DNA of 63,004 bases, the filler included. It is 4 parts of 4 records of this genome, joined end to end, with 100 filler letters (N's around TTAATTAATTAA, not from the genome) between each part and the next. Parts side by side here need not be neighbours in the genome. Positions count along the whole stretch, not along the records: positions 1 to 28,461 come from SRR20825019_2772; 3 more parts are not named here. One strand, written 5' to 3'. Below, piece after piece: positions 13,319 through 24,258 of this stretch (the first letter of the stretch is position 1; each line of letters starts with the position of its first letter). Below the pieces are notes generated by a model. The model was not told the origin of the DNA. It did no database searches and saw only the letters and a program-made list of their open reading frames with translations. A program made the translations under genes and the position numbers.

Positions 13319-14057
13319 GGTGGCCCTCCCTCAGTTTACTCCGCGGCTGAAACGATAAGTGTAGGTGCTTTGGTATATTTCAGAGTGTCAACGCAGTGTG
13401 ATCCCCGTTCCACGGAGTAGGATGGGAGAAGGGCTGCCCAAGCATGGCCAAGCGTCTTAGTCAGGCAGCACCCCCCCCAAACGCCCCCGCCGGGTCGAGG
13501 CGCCCGGGCGACCGGGACATTGGCATGATGCCGCCGGGGAGCGGGGGGCAGTGGGCCCGGCGGCCCGCGCCCCCGGCCGGCCCAGGCAGTGGGCGGCGGC
13601 TCACTCCAAGCCTGCGTGGATGAGAGTCTCACCAGCCGTAGGCCCGGCCCACACTGCGGTGCGGCGCCGGAGTTCAGTCATGGGCCCAACGACCCCTCAA
13701 AAAAACATGACTCCAAAGTGAGAAATTATTTAGGCGTCGCCATATATTCATGATCAAGTCCTCCGGCGCTGTTGATTGCGCAATGATGGCCAGACGGTCT
13801 CCGGTGGTCAGCGTCCTCAGACATCACGGGTCACCCTCCAGCCTTGGCGGATCCGCATCAGCCAGAGACATCTGAGTTAAGTTACCACGACCGCCTCTAC
13901 TTCTAGTGACTTCGCCGTCACGCGTACCCGAGGCCATGGACCACTGAGGACAGAGGGAATCCCGGGGACTTAATGGTGTTTGGCAGAGGACTGGCACTCA
14001 CCAGGACCGACATCCATCTTCGGCTTCGGCAACACCTACAATGCTAGTTCCCTGACA

Positions 14058-15159
14058 CTACGACGCTGGACCCGGAGCCAGGTTCACTGCCTCGAAGAAG
14101 ACGTGCTCGAGCCCTCTCTCCCTGAGAATCGGCAGCAGGTCACCTGCGCTCTCAATGGCGAGTTCCTGGAAGGTCTCGAACGCCCGCCAACTGTCAGAGG
14201 ACGCCTCGGCACCTTCAATCTGCAACCAACCATCAGCATGCCGAATAGTCCAGCCGCCCACCGCCAAACGTCAACCACCTTCTCGGTTCGGACCTCCGTC
14301 ATTTTCTTCCAGTTGAGACCCCGAAGGCGCTTCACGTAGTCCACCAGGGCGTCCAGATCCCCTTCCGCGACTATGACACCTGGTGTTCCTATGCGCGACA
14401 CGCCGGTGAGGTTCAGCTCTGCTGCCCAGTCCACAATGTGCGCGCGCTTCTTTGATGACTTGATGTGCTGGTGGGAGAGGATTAGCATCCATCAGGCCCG
14501 GATATTCCCGCACTCATGCATAACACATGCACTCACATGAAATCTCAGAATTGTGCGAGCGGGGATGACCGTCCGACGGCTATCACCCGTGGCGTTAGAG
14601 CAGTCCGGGAAGGGAGTTCGGACAAACAAGTCACTGCCGTTCTGGCTACAGTAATCTGACAACCATTGGAGGAACTCAAACATCACTTCTGCGCCGACGT
14701 GACTCTCAAGATATGAGCTGCAGACCTCCATCAACAAGTGGCGCATGACCTAGTGGTGTGCTGCAGCTCACCTCACTGCGGCCTGTAGCGATCGGGAGCC
14801 CTCGTTGGTCAGGTCCCCCGACGAGCAAGACACTTCCGGGGGCATCAACTCCGGATACTCAGGAACAAAACGGGCCGTGGCCTTCACTGCCCCGGCGCGT
14901 TAGTCTTCGCCAGCGGCAAGGACACTGATAACTCCCTACCCTGCCTGTCATCTTCGGTGGATATGCACACAGAGAAGGTGATTTCAGGAACGCTGTCAAA
15001 CTCCTCCCCGTCCTCCACGCGCGAAATAAGTGCACGGAACCGCTCCTCCTGCTCAATCTTGAACTTGGCATTACTGTCAAGACTATACATACTTTCCAAG
15101 ACGCCAACCTCCGCCACTTGGCGGGCAACGGTTTCCGTTGCTTCGGGCTCGGAGGCCAT
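14058..15159 (-). CDS. RWD-domain protein with C-terminal DUF1115-type domain (RWDD2-like), multi-exon
   Basis: N-terminal QVAEVGVLESMY, YPELMP and EVMFEFLQWL (RWD); HHIKSSKKR..WAAELNLTGVSRIGTPGVIVAEG..YVKRLRGLNWK. Confidence 0.8.
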
Positions 15160-16013
15160 AGCTATGCGTACAGCGTTGCTACGTCGAAACCTACGGAGAG
15201 AGAGTATATATCATTTCAGGGCTGGGTTGTGAACGGTCCATGTGGGTGAGAAAGCTGCGCCGAGGCCCCCGCCCGGCCCGGGGCACCGGCGCGGCCCCCG
15301 GCGGGGGCCCGGCGCACTGTTCGACCGGGCACTGCCGGTCCCGGCGGCACTCGGGCCCGGGGCGGAGCCCGGCCGCCGGGTCCGCCAGGAAAATTCAAGG
15401 TCGATTGTTTCGAGTCGGATCTCACTCTGCTGGCGGGCTTCGCGTGTCATGAGTCACCGAGCCAGCCCTGATCGCCGGACGCTGCGGCGGCGCGCCCCCC
15501 GGACACCGAAAACCGTGGGCCACGACCGGTCACGGCTCAGCGGGCGGCCCCGGCACCCGCGGCTCCCCGTTGAACCAGCAACTGCACTGTAGGGTCGGCG
15601 GACGGCCCGCCGCGGCCGCCTGTAACAAGCTATCCGCCACACAGAGGCCGGTGGCGGCCGTGACACCCCTGACAACAACAGTCCGGCCCTGCCGCAACGG
15701 CCGGCCCCCGTCGGTCAGGCTGGTCGGGTGCTGTGCCCGCAGACCATCGCTTCGCAGCCACCACTGCGGCCCCAGTGACCACACGGCTCGGGCACTGGGA
15801 GGGCAGGATTTGGTGCAACAAGGCTATCCTTGTGGAAGCCTGGCGGCCGCTCCTTGGTCTGATGGAATGTAGTCGGGCTAATGCGAACGGGGCAGCAAGC
15901 CTGTGCTGTTAGAGGAGTGCAAGCGAGCGTCACTTTAGGGTTTCCTTACCATATTGCGAAATATTTATCTGAAGAGGACAGAATCTTCAAAAACCTAGAC
16001 TATACTTGTGAAC

Positions 16014-17013
16014 ATGGTGGGCGAGTCCAGCACTTTTCAGACCAAGCGCTAACTTTAAATCTGCTAGAGTAAGAAAAGGGGTCTATCGTACGAGGAAAAG
16101 CGCGTTCGGATGCAGGAGGTATTCTTTGAGGAGGTGAGATGGCTCATGGAGTGCAGTGCCCCGAGGTTCATTCAGCCATGCAGCAAACTTTCTTCACGCT
16201 CAAAGAAATGGAAAAAATTGCTTCCAAGAAGAAGGGGATAGGTAAGGGGGTCCCTGGGCAGTGGGTGCGCGTCACTTATTCTTTTGTGCGCAGTACTCCA
16301 GTCAGTGAAGGAGGTGCTCCAGTCGTTGTGTGACGACGCCTTGGTTCAGTTCGATAAGGTTGGAACGTCAAACTACTTTTGGTGGTAAGTGCTCGCGTGA
16401 GCCACCTGTCGGCGATACTGAGTGTCATTTGGCAGCCTCCCCAGCCAGGGTGTCCAAACTGTAAGGTTGTGAGGGTCGATTGTCTGATAGTGCTGATGTG
16501 ATCACAGCGGCAAGTGAAGATTGCCTCGCTCGAGGACGCCATCGAGAAGGCCCGTGCCCTACAAACTGATCTCAAGAGAGAGAAGAAGGACCTGCAAGCC
16601 AGCCGGCCTGAAACAGTATGAGCGCACCCTATCGCTCGCGTAGATCGCAGGTGTGTGACTAATGCTCATACAGGAGGATAGGAAGAAAAGGAAGGCGGTA
16701 TATGATGAGCTTTTTGACAAGAACAAGAGGATCAAGGCCGAGCTCCAGAATTATGCGGACAACGACCCTGAGCTCATTGCAAGCATTCGCCACGACACTG
16801 CGGCTTTCGTAGACTCAGCCAACCGCTGGACAGGTGGGCAAATTCAATATGAATGCGTGGGCTTACTAATTTGATTCTCGTCACGTCTGACCAGACAATA
16901 TTTTCAACATTCGCTCTTACTGCACGGGGAAACTCCAGAAAGACACAGCTGATGTCGACAAGTTCCTTGGTGTGGGCGAGGACTTTGACTACATTGAGGC
17001 TCCAGCCAACTGA
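16014..17013 (+). CDS. MND1: Meiotic nuclear division protein 1
   Basis: Spliced M|SKKRGLSYEEKRVRM..FFTLKEMEKIASKKKGI|VLQSVKEVLQSLCDDALVQFDKVGTSNYFW..NDPELI..ANRWT|DNIF; first coding exon is only ATG. Confidence 0.92.
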
Positions 17014-17244
17014 ACGGCCGATTCCTGCCGCATCGGCGGCTAGTGTGCCTGAGCTGGCCCGCAACCACTGCTGTACTCGGGTGGGTGTGTAGATATTGGC
17101 CCATTCCCCCATCGCTCTTGCACGGTGCACGATACAATTGTGGGTGGATATATCCTCAGGAGGGCCACTCCCATATTACAAAAAGAAGAATGTTCGATCA
17201 AAATAGTTTTATTTCCTTCTTTATCTTGTGGTGAGGAGGATGGA

Positions 17245-20200
17245 TTACTTCAGCTGGAGTGTGGGCAGCAGCTCATTGAACACCTGCGCATTTTCACCGA
17301 GCAGAGAGGCAGAGCGGGTGAAGTCACGGATTGCGCCCTCACTGAACTTCTGGTTGTTCATTTTGCCGTTGTCATCAGCCTTGGTCAACTTTTTCTTCCA
17401 TTCGTCATTGCTCTTGATCAGATCCTGCAAGTTGCCGGGAGTCTTATTGCCGCCCGCATTGCCCCCTCCATTGTGGCCCTGACCATCATTATTGACATTG
17501 TTCCCTCCGGCCAGATCATGTCCGCCACCGTTATTGCCTTGACCCCCGTGATTGTTGGCGTTGCCGAGGTTATTAGTCAGTGCGCCCATATTGAAATCAG
17601 TAGCTGCCTCTTCCTTCTTCTTAGCAGCAGCCTCGGCCGCCTGCTCGGTGGCATAGTTCTTCCTCTTCAGCAATTCAGCATTCAAAATCTTCTCGATCTG
17701 CTCCGAGACCTGCTTCAAAGCATCAATCCTGTGGCTGTACTGCCCGAAGACTTCCACCATCTTTTCTTTGGCAGTGGCCTTCATCTCTTCAAACTTGTCG
17801 GTCAACCGCTGCAGCTCCCCTTGTAGGTCCTGCTCAACATCCGACACCTTCTTGTGCATAGCTTTCTTGTCTTCTTCCTTCTCCTGCTTGATCTTGTCAA
17901 TGAAGCTCTGCAGCTCGCGCTCGGATGCGGCGCGTTGGGAAGCAATCTTGCCGAGCATCTCGAGAAGATGCTTCCTGCTGTCGCCAAACCCGTCAAGCCT
18001 CTTCTCCCAACTGTCCTGGAGGGTCTCAAGGGTCTTGACGCGGGTATTCTCGCGGTCCTCTCCCTCGTCCTTCCATTTCTTCAGCCACTTGTCCCATTGA
18101 TCACAAGTACTGTCCTGGCTCTCCTTTAGACCCTGGAGCGTTTCCTCGAGGACGCCTCCCCAACGCGTCAGCTTCTTCGCCTCCTCGATCTTGCCGGCAA
18201 TTTCGTACAAGAAGTAGTAGCGATCAATCTCGTAACGAGACGGACGTGGCGGCGCGAAGAAGAGGGAGAACTGCGAATAGGATTTCTCTCCGGGCATGTG
18301 GACAACGGCGGGCCAGCTAGGGGGGATGTTGGCATCGATCATAGGCCCATCATCCGACGGAACATCCTCGGTGGGAATGTACTGGTCGGCAGACGTCACC
18401 TGATCATTGGGATCCTCCGATGGAGCCTCGCTGTTGTTTCCCTCGTCGTCGTCGCGGGTCATGGTATCCATGTAGATCCTGGGAGGAGTGAAGTCATTAC
18501 CATTGTGCACCCATCCCATCGCCTTGGCTTCGGGGGTCAGCACCCAGTACGGGTAACGCTGCTTGCACACAGCCACGACGGCACCAGCCCTGCGAAGTTT
18601 GTGGTATACTTTGATGCGATATCCATAATGCCGGGCCTCCCTCTTGCCACAAACACTGGCATCGACAGTAAATGTTCCGGTTCCCGGGTTAACAAACAGG
18701 TTGTGATGGCCCCACCGTGCCCTGCGATTGTTCATGACACGGACGTCGGAGGGCCAGGCCTGGTAGTCCTTCCACCTTCCAGAGACACAAGCAGTCCACA
18801 CAGGAGGCTCGATGTTGGCGCCAAACGAGATGCCATCGAGCGAGATCCAGTCATTCGAGCCAAACTCCTCGGTCGTCGTCAGGCGGCCCTGGCCATCAAT
18901 ATTCAAGAAGGCCACATCGGTGCGGCCCTCGGCGGTGCGACCCAGAAGAATAGGGACGGTGACAGGACGCGGGGGCCGGTAGCCCGATGGCAGTTGGAAA
19001 ATCTCTGCGGCATTGACTCCATCCACGGAAGAAACATCACTTCCCATGAGCTGACCCTTAAGGTACACCACGCCGTTCTCAGTCCTGAAGTAACCGATGG
19101 GAGAATTGCGGTGAGCAACCCAGCCGTTGTGGAGGACAATGTCCGTCCTCCAGTCCTCGGCAATGCCCTTGTTGGCCCGATACACCACAGAGTCCAACGA
19201 CAACATCGACACGTCCTCCTTCTGCTTAAGTATCTTGCTCGGCCACGCAATGTGGCACTGGTCCTCAATCTTCTGCTTCTGCTGAACGCTGGATCCTGCC
19301 GGAACCTCCCACACGCAGATATCCTGGAAGACACTCTGGTCGCAACACTCGGTGTATCCGTCGGGGGCTTGACAGTACTTATCATCACCAAGATCCACCC
19401 AGCCTCCCGGGCAGCGCTGACCATAATTGCGTTCCTTCATACGGTTGTCCCCCCCCTGTGAGGAGATGCCGCCGTTCACGCTGAGGGTCAAGGCACAGTG
19501 ATTAGGGCACAAGAGCATCTGCCCACGGGGATTCGAGAACGCGGCGCTCTTGCCATTGTAGGAGATCGACACGTGCTCCGGACCCCAGGCATCGGTGCCT
19601 GAGATGCGAAGGGTGACGGCAGTAATATCGCCAATGAAGTCCTGCCTAGTGTGGATCACGTCTGGTGACCTGCGCTGGCCCATACCCTTGGAGAGAAGGA
19701 ACTCAGAGGACTTTCCCTTCGTCCCCACAAGAGTCATGTACACTTCATCCACGGTCTCGGCCCTGTGCTGGTGCCTGTTGGTGTTGACGCTGATCATGTA
19801 GAAAGTCTTCACACCGCCCCGGATGAACACGCGGCCTCCCTTGGTGATGTGAGTGTACGCGGTGTTGTACTGGCCGCTGGCAGTCGTGAACATCGAGGGG
19901 ATATGCACGTCCTGCTTAGGCCGGTGGGAACACGGGAGGGTGAACACCGGATTCTCCTGGTCGAGGTCACCATCCTTGATCTGCCCGCGCATGGTAACTA
20001 TGCCATTCACATCCTTGAAGAACTCCACGTTGGCGTCAGAGAGATACCGGGTCCATCCGTTGCTCAGGCGACCAACCGGGCTGAACTCATTGTCTGCACC
20101 GTTGCCATCGCCCTTAATCTGCGGCCACTGCACTCCACAGTTCCTGGCCCAGCTCTGCTTCTCCGTGATCTGGGCATTTAGTGTGAACTTGTGTGCACAC

Positions 20201-22623
20201 CCAATATGGCGAACCTGCTCGCAACAATCACCGTCGTAGGTGGAGGGGGCTTGGCAGTAATCATTCTCGCCGAGGTCGGTCCAGCCCTCGGGGCAACGTT
20301 GGGAGTAGTCGTACGACACACCGGAAGAGGGTTTCGGGCATTCCTTGGCGTTGGCATTATTGCCCGACGCTCCCTCGCCAGGGCGTCCGGAGCTTCCTTC
20401 GTTGCCGTTGATGGTGTAGTAGCGAGTGCACATGTTGGGGCACACAAGGTCCTGGCCGGCATTGCCATGGACAGTCACCTCCTTTCCGGCGGCCTTCACG
20501 TGCAACTTCTTCATGATCCAGGAGTCGGAGCCGGTGTTGCGAAGTTTGATCTGAATGATGCTGCCCACATCCCGCATGTGCAACTTCATGCTGACATTTT
20601 CGCCAGCAGCAAAGCCTTGGCGCAGGCTCTGCTCACCGGTGTTCCCGCGGTCACCATAGATAGTAACGAGGATGCGGTTCATGCTGCCGGCATCCGCAAG
20701 CTTGAAGGTTTCGATATTGAAGGCATACTCGATAATGCTCGACGAGGCGTTGGCGTCACCTTGGTGGTTGGTCTCATCACGGGGCTCGCTGGCACTGAAC
20801 TCAATACCATCAAGGTAGAACTGCTCGCTATCACCAGCAACTGCGAACACACGACCGTTCGACGCAATGGCCACACGTGCGATGACAGTCTTGCCACCCT
20901 TGTCCTTGGCAGTGCAGAACTTGTACACAGTTGAAGATGGCCGGCTGTTATGCGGGAGCTCAAAGATATACGAATCGTTCTCCTCATACTTCTGGCTAAC
21001 GGTTCCTCCGGAAACAATTCCACGCACGTGCACAATCTTATCGGTGGTAAGCATGTACTGCACATCCTGGTTGTTCACGACTCTCCATCCGTGCGCGAGC
21101 CGGCCGCGAGGAATTGACTTCCAGGCCACTTCCTCCTCCTCCTCTTCCTTCTCATTCTCCGGATCGGGGATTTTGACACTTTCATCATCATCCTTTTGCT
21201 CCGGGAACATGGCCATGACCTCAGGAGGGGGCGTGAGAGAGTTGCCGGCCTCCATGCGCCATCCCATCCTGCTCGCTTCCTTCGTCAGTCTCATCACGTA
21301 CCGCCCAGTGTACCTGGACTTGTAGGCAGTGGCAACAGTGGGGCCAACCTTCTCACCCTTGTGAAGAAACATCACCCTGAAACGGTTGAGCCTCCTCCCC
21401 CTCGGATCCGATACCTGAGCGTTGTTGGCCTGATTGTTGGCGTCCACGTACTTGGTATGAGCAACACCAGCGTCGATGCTCTTATCCTCATTCGCTGCCT
21501 CCATGATCGCCTCGTATTGGGAGCGGCCTCTCTTTGCCTCAAGCTGCTTGAGCTGACCAACTATCTGCTCCCAGCTGGCGCGGAACTGACCTGTTTCCTG
21601 GCTGACACTAATGGGAACCTCCTCGGAGCTACGCGCGCGAACCGCGACCGCTGTCCACTTCGGTATCTGATCGGCCTGTTCGGGGTCGGAGATGAAGGGG
21701 GGAGGGGTGATCGCTCCATCGTTGCCAATGGTCCAGCCGTAAGCCTCCGCAGATGCAGTCAGGCGAAGGCGCTCAGCGGGGTCTTGAGACCTGGGCCACA
21801 TGGTGGCGACCTTGGGCCCGATCCTAATCATATTCCTAGCGAAATACACGTGGAACTTTCCAGCCGCACCATCAATCCTGGGGTCAAACTCGGCTGTCTC
21901 TTGGTTCACAGGCACGCTCATGTATGCTGCCTTCCTCCAGTTATATTCGGTGGTCGCACGCTTCATTGAGGGCCACGCGTGGTAATTATACAAACGACCC
22001 TTGACGTACGCACTGTACTCAGGCAAGCGCCTTGGGCCATCCTGAACATTCGCGGCTTCCATCAGCTCACGCAAATCACTTTGCTCATCTTCAACAATTC
22101 CAGCCGGGACGCGTGCCCATACGCCATTCACCAACCTCAATGCTACGCGAAGCGAGAATTCATAAGGCTCGTCTTCACAGCACTCGTCCAGCACCACAGG
22201 GGCCTTGGTTTCAATCAGGTCCATTTCGGTCTGATTTGTAGGGAGTAACGGCTTCATGATCTGGAACTGAGTGGTACATGTTGAGGCACCTGCCTTGAGC
22301 AACATGCCCCCGGCATAGTCCTGGTACGCCTCCACGAACCTGCGCCTAGTATCCTGCAAACAAACCAAGTCGTCAATCCTGATCGCTTCCCTGTGGTTCA
22401 GGCTTCCGTCTGGGTGAAGGACCTTAAGTGCATTGGGGGCCCACTGAACCGTATCCGACCCGAACATGCACTCGTCCATGTCACACTGCAAGTTAAAACC
22501 CCTGTTCATGCTACGAATGACAATGTCGTCTTCCCACTTCAAAACGCTTCGAGTAATTGCTGAAGCGAAGCCTGCTACCAGCAAGCACACAAGGCCCACA
22601 AGCACCACTCGAGGAGGAGACAT
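17245..22623 (-). CDS. 1792-aa secreted multidomain protein: signal peptide, 3 copies of an unknown ~60-aa repeat, 3 phage-tail-like beta domains, 2 PLAT/LH2, 2 CPW-WPC, coiled coil, G/N-rich tail
   Basis: Single uninterrupted ORF; hydrophobic N-terminus VVLVGLVCLLVAGFASA; PLAT-like IYGDRGNTGEQSL / LVGTKGKSSEFLL..DAW; YSQRCPEGW..CQAP..CGVQWP and YGQRCPGGW..CQAP..CHIAWP; L.NGW..V..RG..F.LP...RP..I...G repeats. Confidence 0.85.
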   Translation of the reverse strand: MSPPRVVLVGLVCLLVAGFASAITRSVLKWEDDIVIRSMNRGFNLQCDMDECMFGSDTVQWAPNALKVLHPDGSLNHREAIRIDDLVCLQDTRRRFVEAYQDYAGGMLLKAGASTCTTQFQIMKPLLPTNQTEMDLIETKAPVVLDECCEDEPYEFSLRVALRLVNGVWARVPAGIVEDEQSDLRELMEAANVQDGPRRLPEYSAYVKGRLYNYHAWPSMKRATTEYNWRKAAYMSVPVNQETAEFDPRIDGAAGKFHVYFARNMIRIGPKVATMWPRSQDPAERLRLTASAEAYGWTIGNDGAITPPPFISDPEQADQIPKWTAVAVRARSSEEVPISVSQETGQFRASWEQIVGQLKQLEAKRGRSQYEAIMEAANEDKSIDAGVAHTKYVDANNQANNAQVSDPRGRRLNRFRVMFLHKGEKVGPTVATAYKSRYTGRYVMRLTKEASRMGWRMEAGNSLTPPPEVMAMFPEQKDDDESVKIPDPENEKEEEEEEVAWKSIPRGRLAHGWRVVNNQDVQYMLTTDKIVHVRGIVSGGTVSQKYEENDSYIFELPHNSRPSSTVYKFCTAKDKGGKTVIARVAIASNGRVFAVAGDSEQFYLDGIEFSASEPRDETNHQGDANASSSIIEYAFNIETFKLADAGSMNRILVTIYGDRGNTGEQSLRQGFAAGENVSMKLHMRDVGSIIQIKLRNTGSDSWIMKKLHVKAAGKEVTVHGNAGQDLVCPNMCTRYYTINGNEGSSGRPGEGASGNNANAKECPKPSSGVSYDYSQRCPEGWTDLGENDYCQAPSTYDGDCCEQVRHIGCAHKFTLNAQITEKQSWARNCGVQWPQIKGDGNGADNEFSPVGRLSNGWTRYLSDANVEFFKDVNGIVTMRGQIKDGDLDQENPVFTLPCSHRPKQDVHIPSMFTTASGQYNTAYTHITKGGRVFIRGGVKTFYMISVNTNRHQHRAETVDEVYMTLVGTKGKSSEFLLSKGMGQRRSPDVIHTRQDFIGDITAVTLRISGTDAWGPEHVSISYNGKSAAFSNPRGQMLLCPNHCALTLSVNGGISSQGGDNRMKERNYGQRCPGGWVDLGDDKYCQAPDGYTECCDQSVFQDICVWEVPAGSSVQQKQKIEDQCHIAWPSKILKQKEDVSMLSLDSVVYRANKGIAEDWRTDIVLHNGWVAHRNSPIGYFRTENGVVYLKGQLMGSDVSSVDGVNAAEIFQLPSGYRPPRPVTVPILLGRTAEGRTDVAFLNIDGQGRLTTTEEFGSNDWISLDGISFGANIEPPVWTACVSGRWKDYQAWPSDVRVMNNRRARWGHHNLFVNPGTGTFTVDASVCGKREARHYGYRIKVYHKLRRAGAVVAVCKQRYPYWVLTPEAKAMGWVHNGNDFTPPRIYMDTMTRDDDEGNNSEAPSEDPNDQVTSADQYIPTEDVPSDDGPMIDANIPPSWPAVVHMPGEKSYSQFSLFFAPPRPSRYEIDRYYFLYEIAGKIEEAKKLTRWGGVLEETLQGLKESQDSTCDQWDKWLKKWKDEGEDRENTRVKTLETLQDSWEKRLDGFGDSRKHLLEMLGKIASQRAASERELQSFIDKIKQEKEEDKKAMHKKVSDVEQDLQGELQRLTDKFEEMKATAKEKMVEVFGQYSHRIDALKQVSEQIEKILNAELLKRKNYATEQAAEAAAKKKEEAATDFNMGALTNNLGNANNHGGQGNNGGGHDLAGGNNVNNDGQGHNGGGNAGGNKTPGNLQDLIKSNDEWKKKLTKADDNGKMNNQKFSEGAIRDFTRSASLLGENAQVFNELLPTLQLK

Positions 22624-23536
22624 GTTGGATCTCCTACTCAGATGCTTCGGCCGAAGTATTCACCTAACCTTGTCCATGATGTGTGCGCCATGTCATATAT
22701 GGAGGGAACGCAGGTTGACAAAGGCGGTGGGAGCGAATGGCCGAAGGCTACCGTGCGAGCTGCTGTAAGGCAATCACCTGCAACTTGGCCGGCCATTACT
22801 CGATGGAGTCCCTCCAAGACGGGTTTTGCACGGGTAAGTGGGTGGGCCGAGAAATCGATCACGCGCGTAGGGTGGCAGTCCGGCCTGTCTGACCAGCAGT
22901 GCCGGTGTGAGTGGACTCACGATCGCGGTGGTGAGGGGTGATCAGCTGTGGCAACGGTGGGGGCTCCTCAGGCGACGACCGGCAGCCGGTCAGGCAACGA
23001 CATCAAGCGTTGTTTACAAGTTCACTATCGAAGATTACAGCAAATCTTAGGCTCCAGCAAACGAAATCTTTCGTTTCGCTCGGTATAACGAAAATAGGGG
23101 GAAAGACGATATCCGACCTTCATAACTTCATTTTATCGAGATATTTCGTAAAATGGTCACTGTCGGCAACGTCTTTTGCCATCACTCACTCACGTCGTCG
23201 GGGACGTGATGAGACTGATGATGGCCAGTCGTCGGCGTCCCGCGGCCGTCACGGCGCTGGGCCCAGCCGGGGGCCGGCCCGCCGGCCCGCCCGACGCTGG
23301 TCCGCCCTCGGCTCTGCCAGTGATCCCGTTCGGCGCGCACCTCGGGCGGTATCCATTTCCTGTCTCGGCCCGGCCCTCCTGTCAGGTGTGGGCCGGCCCG
23401 GCTCAAGAAAGCCACAAAGTGAGCGAACTCCCGCTTCTTGGTCGCAGTGCCGATTTCAATTTTTCCAGGAAGCTGAGTTGTGTGGTTAAATAAGTCATAA
23501 ACACCATATCTAATAAGGAAGTCACCGTAGCTAAAA

Positions 23537-24227
23537 ATGAATATAGTAGATCATGCCGCGAACTATGGCGCCTACCATGCCGATTGGAGGTATCGTATGT
23601 GGACGCGAACACCTACACTAGTTTGACTGTTTCACAGGAACATCGTCATTCACACCATTTTCGTGCCCTCTATCACCTTTTGCATTCTTGTCTTCCTCGC
23701 CTACTATCCCCTCCCTGTGGACTTTGATTTGAACGGAAACTATGTTCAAATGAACTGGGGCTTGGTGGCGCTCGTGGCTATGACCGGAGGATATGCTCTG
23801 TTGAACGTCGACGTCGCTTTAACCTTTGCCTTCTGTATGTCACTGTTTTCATTTGAGGGGCTGGTCACTCACTGACTGCAATGCAGGGGCAACCATTTTG
23901 TGGATGTATGCTAACCACCTTGTTGCTCTCTTCCCTGAGACTGCGTGGATTTATGCTATTGGTCTGAAAGTTATCAGCTGGATCTTCCAGTTTGTGGGGC
24001 ACGGTTACTATGAAGGCAGGCGCCCCGCACTGGTGGATAACGTTTTCCTAACTTTGGTTGCGCCATTGTTTGTAACGTTGGAGGTGATGTTCTACTTGGG
24101 TGAGTAAACGCGGGAGGCTCGTTGAGGGGAATAGGTACTGATCGACTGTGCAGGATGGAACCCCAAGCTTAAGAAGAGGATTGACACGCGTATCAAGGCG
24201 AAGCTAGAGGTTTGCAAGAGGAAGTAA
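23537..24227 (+). CDS. Mpo1/DUF962 family membrane protein (2-hydroxy fatty acid dioxygenase-like), 3 introns
   Basis: YGAYHADWR|NIVIHTIFVP..SWIFQFVGHGYYEGRRPALVDN..APLFVTLEVMFYLG. Confidence 0.88.
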
Positions 24228-24258
24228 ACACAGTTGGTTGTACAGGCGTGGGTAGAGT

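Noticed and set aside
17125-22248. Long plus-strand ORFs opposite the 1792-aa gene (also opposite the channel and DHX34)
   Set aside because: Antisense shadows caused by GC3 codon bias
23055-23080. Short hairpin aaacgaaa-tc-tttcgttt in an AT-rich patch
   Set aside because: Single short stem with no target duplication or second copy; not supportable as a MITE or ncRNA
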